Origin: a virus
Taxonomy: Duplodnaviria > Caudoviricetes
Virus record (IMG/VR): IMGVR_UViG_3300018089_000002
Span: 1 to 61,928 of that record
Length of the DNA: 61,928 nucleotides
Reading direction: 5' to 3' (one strand)
A program made the translations under genes and the position numbers. Under the pieces are notes generated by a model that was not told the origin of the DNA, made no database searches, and was given only the letters and a program-made list of their open reading frames with translations. Below, in pieces: positions 28,365-37,294 of this stretch. Within the stretch, counting starts at the first letter, position 1; every line of letters begins with the position of its first letter.

Positions 28365-29329
28365 CACAGCCCGCTCAGCGGTGCGGATGCGTTTCGAGTG
28401 AACTGAACGACGTATCGCGCGTAACTGAACGTTCCCTGACTCACGACACGGATGTACTGGTTCACGGTTGCCGTGGTAGAGCCCGCGAGTCGTTGCGCAG
28501 TAGGTGCGGAACCGCCATTGACAGCAGTGAATGCACCACCCGTAAGCGCTGTCCATGTGGAGTTGTCCGGGGAGTCCTCGAGCTTTAGCTGACACGACGT
28601 GCCGACGACATTCAATGTGTGCGCGTATGCCTGCCAACCGAACGATGTCGCCGCGAGTTGATTGACTGTGGTCCCGCTGGTCGCTGCGGCGGTATCGATC
28701 TTCGCGCCGGCCGTGAGCTGCACTCCCCAGTCCATCACGTGCCCGTTGGCCACCGCGCTCACGGCCATCGACAGGTCGCCTGCCTGCGCACGCGTCGGAT
28801 CGTAGTTCAGTTGCTTTCCGATCATGCTCGCTGCCGGGTTGCCGACAGCCGCTCCGACGAAGAAGGTCACGATCTGATCTGTGGTCGGCAACGTGGAGAG
28901 CAGATCGTGTTCCGTGTTGACCGGTGCCCAGGACCACGTCGGCGCCACCGTGTATGTCAACGTGATGGTTCCGAGCGCGGGCAGGATGTACGTCCCTGCA
29001 CCCGTGCCGACCGTCGAGCCATTGATCGATACGTTCGTCATCGTGCCGCCGGTAATCGTCACGTACACCGAGAAGTTATACGTACTGATTAGCGGCACAG
29101 TCGTTGCGGGCACGCCTGGACTTGATACCGACGTAGTGTCTTCGAACAGTGTGGTGAAGTCGATGCCAGCGTCGTGCACCAGGCCGATTCGCTCCATTGC
29201 CTGTGACTGAATGGCAGTCACGTCAGCGGTATTCATCGGCGCTGAAACCTTGCTGACCGCACTGACATCACCCGACAGGTCAAAGCCGCCAATGTAGAAC
29301 TTCGATCCGAGACCTGAGATTTTCGTCAT
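28364..29329 (-). CDS. tail-tube-like protein
   Basis: N-terminus MTKISGLG resembles MAKISGLG of the tube protein. Confidence 0.65.
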   Translation of the reverse strand: MTKISGLGSKFYIGGFDLSGDVSAVSKVSAPMNTADVTAIQSQAMERIGLVHDAGIDFTTLFEDTTSVSSPGVPATTVPLISTYNFSVYVTITGGTMTNVSINGSTVGTGAGTYILPALGTITLTYTVAPTWSWAPVNTEHDLLSTLPTTDQIVTFFVGAAVGNPAASMIGKQLNYDPTRAQAGDLSMAVSAVANGHVMDWGVQLTAGAKIDTAAATSGTTVNQLAATSFGWQAYAHTLNVVGTSCQLKLEDSPDNSTWTALTGGAFTAVNGGSAPTAQRLAGSTTATVNQYIRVVSQGTFSYARYVVQFTRNASAPLSGL

Positions 29330-29352
29330 GATCTGCTCTGACCTGCCCTGCT

Positions 29353-29820
29353 CTACGGCGCTTGAATGAACATGTCGTTAAAGATCAATGGAACGGTAAT
29401 CGTCATCACGCGGAAGACCTTTCGGTCTTCCATCGTGATGTAACCAGCGGCGGCACTGAGCGGCCTGCCGTGCTCTCCCAGCAGATCCACCATCCGGAGC
29501 GTCTGCCCGAAATCGAAATCGCCTGTGTAGGCATCGAGCAGATCTGCGGTTGCTGCCATGATGTCCGGATCGATGCCATCGGCCGGCTTGGCTATGAAGT
29601 TCATGTAAAGCCGCGCGTTCATCTCGACGCGCCCGCTGGTCGCGCTCAGTCCTGATGCTTGAATCGGCGTGATGGTCTGTACCCAGATCGCAAGATGCAG
29701 TCCGCTCAGCGGAGCTGACTTCGGTTCGTGCAGCGTCACGCCCTGGAAGTCACCGAGCTTGCGCGCGTGTGACGAGACGTTGTCCAGCAACGTCGCTATG
29801 GCTGCACGATCAAATCCCAC
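29353..29820 (-). CDS. tail terminator/completion protein
   Basis: position and size; HEPKSAP motif. Confidence 0.6.
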   Translation of the reverse strand: MGFDRAAIATLLDNVSSHARKLGDFQGVTLHEPKSAPLSGLHLAIWVQTITPIQASGLSATSGRVEMNARLYMNFIAKPADGIDPDIMAATADLLDAYTGDFDFGQTLRMVDLLGEHGRPLSAAAGYITMEDRKVFRVMTITVPLIFNDMFIQAP

Positions 29821-29828
29821 TCAGATCA

Positions 29829-30032
29829 TCACCAGTAGTGCAGTTCGTCGGCAAGTGCATCGAACTCTTTCGCAATCGTGAAACCAATCTGTGCAGTCGC
29901 ACTCGTCTCGAATGAAAGTCGTGCCTCTTCCCGAATGGCGGTTGCGCGATCACGTAGTGCTCGCTCGAGCGGCACCAGCGACGCGTCGAGGAATCTACGC
30001 GGTTGTTCCTTGCGCTGTGGTTCAATCGGCAT
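29829..30032 (-). CDS. hypothetical protein
   Basis: fills the gap in the operon. Confidence 0.5.
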   Translation of the reverse strand: MPIEPQRKEQPRRFLDASLVPLERALRDRATAIREEARLSFETSATAQIGFTIAKEFDALADELHYW

Positions 30033-30038
30033 CGTCGC

Positions 30039-30440
30039 TCACCAGGCCATATTGATTTCGTCAACAGCATGATTGATCTCATCTTCCGTCTGAAGCACTG
30101 CGGCGCCCTGCAATTCCTGTGAGACCTTTCGGAACGTGCCGTATCCCTTGAACCGAGTCACGGGATAGTTCCTGCTGCCGACACCTTCGAGCCACGGACC
30201 GTAGATGCAGTTGTCGTCGTTGACGGCGTAAGCGTACTGATTCACAGCACGCACGTTGATCCGACTTTCGTACGCTCCGGTCGGATGCTGTAGCACTTCT
30301 TGCAGCGTGGCGTGCACGAGATCTTCCGCATACGTCGCAATCACCTCTGCCGCGCGTCGGCAGGCAGACGAAATCATGATGTTCGCGCGGCCGTCGAAGA
30401 TCGGACCACGAACCTTCACGCTCATAGCTTCCTCGGACAT
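30039..30440 (-). CDS. neck/tail-completion protein (HK97 gp10-like)
   Basis: PTGAYESRI, YGPWLEG motifs. Confidence 0.65.
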   Translation of the reverse strand: MSEEAMSVKVRGPIFDGRANIMISSACRRAAEVIATYAEDLVHATLQEVLQHPTGAYESRINVRAVNQYAYAVNDDNCIYGPWLEGVGSRNYPVTRFKGYGTFRKVSQELQGAAVLQTEDEINHAVDEINMAW

Positions 30441-30441
30441 T

Positions 30442-31536
30442 TCACACCACCCTCGATCGGGCCTTGCGTCCGTGGTGCGCAATCACGTCCTGCTGTAGCT
30501 GCGCGATGTTACGGCCGACGTTTCGCATCGCGGATGATCCAGAGCCCTGCACGTCGGCGTATCCACCGATCTCCGCGAGCACCTGGACCAGCGAGGCAGC
30601 CACGACGTAGTCACGCACCTCGGATGGCGGGATGTTGATCTGCACAGGTGCCGCGATCAGGTGCGTCGCCGCTACAGTGCCGAAATCGCCTCTGGTGACC
30701 GTCAGGAGGCGTGGAGAGTAGATCGTTGCCCCGGAGTGCACTGCCAGCACGGTGCCGTCGAACGCGCGCTCTACGGTCAGCGTGTTGCCGGCTACGTCGA
30801 GCACGAGCATCCGCTCCGTATCGAGCAGCACGATCTCATCGGGCGAGAACTTCGTGCCGTCCGTGACCGCGAGCGCGTTGTCAGCCATGCTCACGGTGCT
30901 GCACCCGGATCCCTGCTGCGTCTGCCCGGTCGTGACCATCGCGCGATCCGTGACGAGCATGCGCTCAGAGTCGATGGTGACGACGTCTCCGACGCCCGGG
31001 GAGAACGAGTTCGTCACCTGAATCGTGGTAACTGTCGTGCTGGACACAGCGGCACCGAGCGCGCCGGCCGGACCGAGATTCAGCGCGTAGCCGAACGTCG
31101 CTGTGATGGCGATGTCCCGCTGAGGAGTCGCGGAGTAGCCGAACGCAGCATTGCTCGATCTATCGAGCTCAAGAAACGTGAACGGTGGCGAGTAGTTCCA
31201 GGGTCCCCAGAAGATATCGCTCGCGGCAATGAGCACCGGAGTGCTGTGTCCGCCCGAGCCCGTGTAGACGACCGGAGGATTCACGGTTACGTCTGCGATC
31301 TCACGTTCATCGAACCAAACTCGCCACGGATACGCGCGCTGGAAGTTGGGCCAGTCCCAACGATTCGTCTGATCGACGTTGTAGAAACGTCGGTGCGTGA
31401 AGCCGTCAAGGTCCGCGCTATTCGCCTCGATCGCGCGATCGACAGCGGTAAAGGCGCGCGCGGTCATCTTGACATCGATCGCACGAGAAACAAGCTCCCT
31501 GCTCGCGTAGCAGGGTCGCGTAATGATGCTAGTCAA
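30442..31536 (-). CDS. head-tail connector-like protein
   Basis: CYASRE..DRAIEA..HRRFY; start approximate (TTG 31536 or GTG 31545). Confidence 0.65.
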   Translation of the reverse strand: MTSIITRPCYASRELVSRAIDVKMTARAFTAVDRAIEANSADLDGFTHRRFYNVDQTNRWDWPNFQRAYPWRVWFDEREIADVTVNPPVVYTGSGGHSTPVLIAASDIFWGPWNYSPPFTFLELDRSSNAAFGYSATPQRDIAITATFGYALNLGPAGALGAAVSSTTVTTIQVTNSFSPGVGDVVTIDSERMLVTDRAMVTTGQTQQGSGCSTVSMADNALAVTDGTKFSPDEIVLLDTERMLVLDVAGNTLTVERAFDGTVLAVHSGATIYSPRLLTVTRGDFGTVAATHLIAAPVQINIPPSEVRDYVVAASLVQVLAEIGGYADVQGSGSSAMRNVGRNIAQLQQDVIAHHGRKARSRVV

Positions 31537-31713
31537 CCGTTGCACTCTTCTTTCTGGTGCCAGCCTCAGTTTCGGGCCGGATGACTGAATATGGAGTTGT
31601 GTATCAAGCTGCTTAAGATCGTCTATCTCAGGCCAGAGTAGCGCCTGTGTCAAGGGGTTCCCGTGTCGCATACCAGGCGATTTGCCCGTTATGCTCGCAT
31701 CCGTCGTCCATTA

Positions 31714-31917
31714 TCACATGCCCGACATTGTGTGATAATCCCAATCCGACGGATAGTAGAAGTGTCCCCACGGACAGTACTTCGTGGATTCCTGCTGTGG
31801 TGGGCCTTGCCGCAGCGGCTCCCCGCAGTGCGGACACGCGACAGGCTCAGCCGAGTTGTAGTACGTGATCAGTTCGGCTTGTGTTTTGAGGATCGTATCG
31901 AGTTCCCACCAGGAAAT
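31714..31917 (-). CDS. small zinc-ribbon protein, possible ATT start
   Basis: ACPHCGEPL..YCPWGH; GGAGG-N8-ATT. Confidence 0.6.
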   Translation of the reverse strand: MSWWELDTILKTQAELITYYNSAEPVACPHCGEPLRQGPPQQESTKYCPWGHFYYPSDWDYHTMSGM

Positions 31918-31933
31918 TTTGACCGCCTCCGCT

Positions 31934-32134
31934 CTACTTCTGTGGCTCTGCCATCGTCTTCTGGACGCTGACGGAATCGCTACCACCCGCAGAGTCAGTG
32001 ACGCTCAGCGTCTTCGCCACAGGAACCGGATCCTGCGCAGGGACCTTCGTCTCTCCGCGTTCGTGCCCACACGCAGGACAGAACATCAGATCATGCGCGA
32101 TGTTTCGGCATCCGCACTTCGGACAATCCCACAT
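31934..32134 (-). CDS. zinc-ribbon microprotein
   Basis: WDCPKCG..FCPACG. Confidence 0.65.
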   Translation of the reverse strand: MWDCPKCGCRNIAHDLMFCPACGHERGETKVPAQDPVPVAKTLSVTDSAGGSDSVSVQKTMAEPQK

Positions 32135-32144
32135 AGCGCTCAGC

Positions 32145-32402
32145 TCACTTCTGCGTAGTGGACTTGCCGATCGGGCTGGCCTTCTGCACGTCCGCAGCGG
32201 TCACAGGTGCGACGGCAGGAAGCGCAGACGAAGTCGGCGTACTCTCGGGCGCCTTCTGCTCCACAGGCTTCTCAGCGGGCTTCTGCGGCTCGCTCGCGGG
32301 CTGTTCCGCCGGCTCGATGAACTGGACCGCAGCGACTTCGACCGAAGGCTCTTCGACAATTTCGTGCACGTTGTAAGAGCCGCTGCTCGTGGTCTTTGGC
32401 AT
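32145..32402 (-). CDS. low-complexity Pro/Ala/Glu-rich protein
   Basis: ATG after GGAG RBS; in operon. Confidence 0.65.
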   Translation of the reverse strand: MPKTTSSGSYNVHEIVEEPSVEVAAVQFIEPAEQPASEPQKPAEKPVEQKAPESTPTSSALPAVAPVTAADVQKASPIGKSTTQK

Positions 32403-32414
32403 GCTTACTCCCTG

Positions 32415-34328
32415 CTAGTTCAGAGCAACCCAGAAGGTGAAGGCGCCCGTTGCCGTCGTACCGGACATGGTGATCGGAGTAGTGATCGCGGTCTGCGCCG
32501 TGCCGGCCGTGAAGAATCGTCGTGGAGACGCTGATGTCAATCCGCCGTTGGCTGTCGTCACTCCTGTTGCCGCACCACGTACCAGAGCGACCGGAGTACT
32601 CCCATTGGACATGATCAGCGCTGCGACGTGCGTCCCTGCGGCTGGCGTGAACGGAGTCACGAGCGCGCACGTGACCAAACCGGTACTCAACCACGCTGTT
32701 GACTGGTCTCCGGTTCGTCCCAGTTCTACGCCCGTTGTCCCGTCGATCAGAACAATCAGGTTTTGTCCTGATGTGAGCGTGTTTCCCGCAGTGCCGACAA
32801 CGACCAAAACGTTACTAATCTGGGCACCAGACTGGATGTCGACGCGACAGCCGTAAATGGTCCCAGATGTTAGCACCTGTCCAGTGCCCGAACCAGTGCA
32901 GTCTGTCGGATAGTTCCACTCTAGCCAGCCGTGATTGGCCGGCACGTCCCAACTGTACGGACTCGTGGCGGGATGCTCGTTGACTCCGTTGTGTGCCGAA
33001 AGACGAAGACTAGTGGCACCGAGCAGGTGCAGATCCGTCGTGACCGCACCCTGCGATCGGTTGTTCGTAACGAAGTTGTTGTCTTCGTTGCTCGTCTTCT
33101 CTGTGATCCCGTACTTCGGCGCGTTCGTGACGCCAGACGTCACGTTCAGATCGTTGTCAATGACGGTGTTGAACGTTGAATACGTGGTGCCCGACTCGTT
33201 CAGGTAGATCTGATTGCTCGTGTTGGTCGTGGTCTGGCTGGAGTCCCGAACGGTGTTCCCGGAGATGTGGTTCCCGGACGCTCCGACCAGATGAATGCCG
33301 TGCGTGCCAGACAGCAGGATCAGGTTTCCCGTGACCTTGTTGTTCGTGCCCGGCGCGTTGTCCTGCTGTCCGGTCTGCGGAAGTCCGTTGACGAGAATGC
33401 CTTCAGCCGTGTTGCTGTTGCACAGATTGTTCGTGATGAGACAGTTCTTGGCACCATTCTGGAGCACGATGCCTGCGCCACCGTTGCTATAGCATTCGTT
33501 ACCCTTGACCGTAACCCGATTCGACGCGGTGACCAGGTTGATGCCGTGTCGGCCGTTGTTGTACGACACGCAGTCGATGATGCGCGAGTCGTAGCAGCCG
33601 TCCAGTGTGAAGCCGTCGTGCGCACCGTCGCTCCCGTTGTCGTGCGAGATGCAGCCCTGCATCAGTAGGCGTGTCGTACGCTCGTGAGGGTCAAAGCCGT
33701 AGCCGGTACAGTTCATCACTTCGACGTTGATGACGCGGATATCGGTATCCGTCTGCGTACTGTTCGGCGTGACACCACAGAAGAACCCGATGACGACTGG
33801 CGAACTAGTCTGTCCGGCCGCGTTGCCGTCGATCGTGAAATCCCGAAATGTGATGTGGTTGTTCTGTACTCCGGATGGCGTGCGAACGATACCGGTCACG
33901 CCCGTACTGCCGGGCGCGAGCTGGATCGTGGTAACTCCCATGCCCTGACCGAACAGTTCACAGTGGTTCACGGATACGTTCACGCAACCGAGTGATGTCG
34001 TGGCGGGTGCAGGAACGACGTAGGTGCCTGCACGAAGCTGGATCCGTGCTACGCCAGAGAAAAACGTTGCGGCAGACGTGATCGCAGCGTTGATGTTTGC
34101 GATGTCGGTAGCCGCGACACCTGTCGGTGCAGCACAATCGATGACGGGATACGTCGTCCACGTGTTGTCGCCACGCAGATAACTCGCAGCACTCGCAGAG
34201 CCGGCCGCCGACATGATGGCAGGCGTGATCTGACGCATCGTGCCGTCGCCGCACAGCACCAGATCGCTCGGCGCTGTCGGTCCGGTCACGCCCGGTTTCG
34301 GCGTTCCGCTGCTCGTGCTGGTCGGCAT
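32415..34328 (-). CDS. right-handed beta-helix protein (pectate lyase/NosD-like; putative virion depolymerase)
   Basis: LRAGTY, GQGMGVT and repeated NN..GI.L beta-helix turns. Confidence 0.8.
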   Translation of the reverse strand: MPTSTSSGTPKPGVTGPTAPSDLVLCGDGTMRQITPAIMSAAGSASAASYLRGDNTWTTYPVIDCAAPTGVAATDIANINAAITSAATFFSGVARIQLRAGTYVVPAPATTSLGCVNVSVNHCELFGQGMGVTTIQLAPGSTGVTGIVRTPSGVQNNHITFRDFTIDGNAAGQTSSPVVIGFFCGVTPNSTQTDTDIRVINVEVMNCTGYGFDPHERTTRLLMQGCISHDNGSDGAHDGFTLDGCYDSRIIDCVSYNNGRHGINLVTASNRVTVKGNECYSNGGAGIVLQNGAKNCLITNNLCNSNTAEGILVNGLPQTGQQDNAPGTNNKVTGNLILLSGTHGIHLVGASGNHISGNTVRDSSQTTTNTSNQIYLNESGTTYSTFNTVIDNDLNVTSGVTNAPKYGITEKTSNEDNNFVTNNRSQGAVTTDLHLLGATSLRLSAHNGVNEHPATSPYSWDVPANHGWLEWNYPTDCTGSGTGQVLTSGTIYGCRVDIQSGAQISNVLVVVGTAGNTLTSGQNLIVLIDGTTGVELGRTGDQSTAWLSTGLVTCALVTPFTPAAGTHVAALIMSNGSTPVALVRGAATGVTTANGGLTSASPRRFFTAGTAQTAITTPITMSGTTATGAFTFWVALN

Positions 34329-34371
34329 GCTGTGCTTTTCCTCGATAACTGTTGCTACAGGTCTGCATCCA

Positions 34372-36195
34372 TCACGTGACGGTCAGATTCCCTACGGAGA
34401 ACCGGACGCCAGACACCCATCCCTGCATTCCAAGATGGAAGTACGCGCCACGGTAGGCGGTATCTGAAGTAGTCGTGTTCCCGCTGGTGCCGTCAGTGCG
34501 CGTGACCGTGATTCCAGACGGAGTGACAGCAATCGTGATCGTAGCCTGCTGAAACAGCGTTGCTCCGGACGCCACGGCGACACTCGGCGTAAGGCTGTTA
34601 ATGGTGATGGAAGTCGCACTAGCTGATGCGGGAGCCGAAGCCGTAGCAACCTGGCCAGAGTCCGGAATCAGGAATTGATGACCAGTCTGCACCGCGCTGG
34701 CCAACGCGTTCACCGGTAGCGAAGTAATAGGTGTTCCAGCGGTCAATCCGGACGACAGGACTGGCAACTGAATCGCAGTCGTGGTGGCTGTCGTACCGAC
34801 CTGCACAGAGGATTGTGCTGTAACCTTGAATAGCTGAAGCTGTCCGTTCGCTCGCAAGACCATATTGTAGCCATTGAAATATGTCTCACCGGCTACGTTT
34901 TGGATCTTCCGGTCATCGGCCAGAGCGAACGCGCAGTCTGCGTGCCGAGTTACGTCGGCAGGAATCCCTTCCCACACAATGGGAATGGTCAACGTGTAGG
35001 TCCCGGCCGCGTTTGCGAGTGGACAGAACGGGCCCATGAGGGTTTGCGAGTCAGACGGTGCGGTGTGCCGCCAACGGTAGAACCCTGGGCCGGTTGCTGT
35101 CGTGTTCGTCGGACCGACGATCGCACCTCGGTTAGCGTCGACAAGCGTCGTATACCCGACAATACCCGGAGTCCATACGCCTGCCTTCACCCAGGGGGCC
35201 GACGTCACTCGGTACTTTGCTGTCTGACCAGAGAAGTAAACAGGATCGTTGGCCCAGTAGCCGCTTACTCCGAGCGCGTCAAATCTGGCTTTGTCGAATT
35301 GACGAACCGGAGCGAAGATCGTCACTTTGTAGCCAGCCGCGATGAACGCGGTAACCGTCGAATCGGCTACCTGTGTGCTGTCCAGGCACACATACCTTAC
35401 CTTCGTCGTACCGACTGCGGCAGCATCCAGACTAGCCGTGTAGGTCGAAACAGGTGTTGCCGCACCAGAGATGTTCAGACACGTAACCGGGATGCCGGCA
35501 GTGATGGCGGCCGTCAGATCAGAGACAGAGAAACTGCTCATACACACGCGATTTTGCAGATGGAACTGCACAATCAGTGCGATCAGAGCAGCGCCAGTAG
35601 CCGCGTTTCCGTCTTCCTTCGGCTCTGGAGTTAAGAGAGCCTGCGGACCGAATTGCGCGAAGACCTCGGGCGCAGTCGGAGGCCTGTGCGTAGCCGACCA
35701 ACGGACTGCACCGAACCACACCGAAGGGTTGATAGCTACGTTTTCCCAGGTGCTCGGCCCGAGCGTGTCGTAGTTGATGCCAAGACCGTTGTAGTCCGTG
35801 CGTTGCATATTGCGGTCGTGCATATCTGCAAGCGTCACGCCGTCATTCAGAAGCCTGTAGTCGCCACCATCGATGACACCGAAGCCCTGTGCAACACCGA
35901 GCCTGTACGCCGCGAGAGTGTTCTCGGGTGCTTCGAATTCTCCAGCACCACGGTGTGGAATGACAAACGGTTCGGGTAGATCACTCCACGTTTTGTACGG
36001 TCCGGAAAGCGGCGCATAGGTACCAGTGAACGAGGGATCTTTCGACAGCGCAGAGCCGACTACGCTGCCTGTTGCCGAGACGATCTCCGGGTTCTCGGCA
36101 GCGTGTCGGTACACTCCGTCAGAGTGCAGAAACGCGTAGGAATCACCAACTGGTTGCCCACCGCGCGGATTCCCGCTGGACGCACTGATCGGCAT
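34372..36195 (-). CDS. glycerophosphodiester phosphodiesterase-domain virion protein
   Basis: IPHRGA..APENTLAAY, D..HD, EPK, SSF motifs; beta-rich C-terminus. Confidence 0.8.
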   Translation of the reverse strand: MPISASSGNPRGGQPVGDSYAFLHSDGVYRHAAENPEIVSATGSVVGSALSKDPSFTGTYAPLSGPYKTWSDLPEPFVIPHRGAGEFEAPENTLAAYRLGVAQGFGVIDGGDYRLLNDGVTLADMHDRNMQRTDYNGLGINYDTLGPSTWENVAINPSVWFGAVRWSATHRPPTAPEVFAQFGPQALLTPEPKEDGNAATGAALIALIVQFHLQNRVCMSSFSVSDLTAAITAGIPVTCLNISGAATPVSTYTASLDAAAVGTTKVRYVCLDSTQVADSTVTAFIAAGYKVTIFAPVRQFDKARFDALGVSGYWANDPVYFSGQTAKYRVTSAPWVKAGVWTPGIVGYTTLVDANRGAIVGPTNTTATGPGFYRWRHTAPSDSQTLMGPFCPLANAAGTYTLTIPIVWEGIPADVTRHADCAFALADDRKIQNVAGETYFNGYNMVLRANGQLQLFKVTAQSSVQVGTTATTTAIQLPVLSSGLTAGTPITSLPVNALASAVQTGHQFLIPDSGQVATASAPASASATSITINSLTPSVAVASGATLFQQATITIAVTPSGITVTRTDGTSGNTTTSDTAYRGAYFHLGMQGWVSGVRFSVGNLTVT

Positions 36196-36210
36196 AGCTA
36201 CCTCTCCGTA

Positions 36211-36248
36211 GATCCCACGAGCGCCCCCGCCCGGACGCCCGTGGGATC
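36211..36248 (-). terminator. possible internal terminator after decoration genes
   Basis: GATCCCACG...CGTGGGATC inverted repeat. Confidence 0.45.
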
Positions 36249-36256
36249 AGACGAAC

Positions 36257-36733
36257 TCACGCTACAGACGCGCCGTTGTCCAGCGGGATGTAGGTGAGAT
36301 ACCAGAGGATCACGCCGGCACCAGCATTAGCGGACGTGGTTGCCGTGATGGTTCCAGCATTCACGGAGAAATCAAAGTTTGTGAAAACTGGAACACCAGC
36401 GTTCGTGCCGACCACAAGCGCACCACCGACACCAGAGGAAGCCTGAACACCGATGAAGGTACCGACTTCCTTGCTGGTGACAGCAACAGCGGTAGCGAGC
36501 GCCGTCGTACCCGTACCAGTGCCGACAGTCGGCACGGTGCCCAACGATACCGTGGTGGCCGTCGAACCGATCAGCGTCGTCACACGTCCGATCAGTGACG
36601 TAACGAGAACCGCGCCGCCAGACACCGTGAACAACGTGTTGGTGGTGGCAGACGCGGGAAGCGTCCACGATTTCGTCGCCTGGTAACCGAACACTTCCAC
36701 ACGCAGTTGCGTGCCCTTGACCATGCTCGACAT
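36257..36733 (-). CDS. putative head decoration/structural protein
   Basis: Thr/Gly/Val-rich, second gene after the capsid gene. Confidence 0.6.
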   Translation of the reverse strand: MSSMVKGTQLRVEVFGYQATKSWTLPASATTNTLFTVSGGAVLVTSLIGRVTTLIGSTATTVSLGTVPTVGTGTGTTALATAVAVTSKEVGTFIGVQASSGVGGALVVGTNAGVPVFTNFDFSVNAGTITATTSANAGAGVILWYLTYIPLDNGASVA

Positions 36734-36738
36734 ATCGA

Positions 36739-37206
36739 TCAGGCCCCCGGGACGGTCATGTTCGCAGGCGTGCGCGCCACGGACAGGTCGTGAAGAACTG
36801 CCGTCACGAGACCCGTTCCGCCCGTAGCCGTCAGCTTCACGTACTTGTAACCGTCCGGAAGCTGCGTGGCGTAGAGCGGGATCACGAGCGTGTCAGACGT
36901 GGCCGCGCTGACGACGGTGCTCGCTGCGGTCTGCGTGTTGCGGACCCATGCCACCGTGCCCGCCGTGTCACTGGTGCGAGTCCAGTAGACCGTGAAAGGC
37001 GTGAAGTTCGGCGTGAAGAAGTTGTACGCACGGTAGGTGCCTGCGAACGTCGTCGCCACGGTGAGAGTGAAGGTCGTTGCGCCTCCGCTCTCAGTGCAGA
37101 CGAAGTCGATCGCATTGCAGTTCTGCATGCTGATGCCCTGGCTTGCCGCGATCGGGACCACATCGTAGACCCGACCAAGACCAAGACCAGCAATAGTTGC
37201 AGCCAT
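36739..37206 (-). CDS. putative capsid decoration protein
   Basis: directly follows MCP; QLPDGYKYV motif. Confidence 0.6.
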   Translation of the reverse strand: MAATIAGLGLGRVYDVVPIAASQGISMQNCNAIDFVCTESGGATTFTLTVATTFAGTYRAYNFFTPNFTPFTVYWTRTSDTAGTVAWVRNTQTAASTVVSAATSDTLVIPLYATQLPDGYKYVKLTATGGTGLVTAVLHDLSVARTPANMTVPGA

Positions 37207-37294
37207 TGGCTGTTACCTTTCTAGATGGCTTTGGCGTTTATCCCAGGGCGCCACTGCTGGGTACCGTCCATATTCAGTTGTTTTCTTACAGAAC

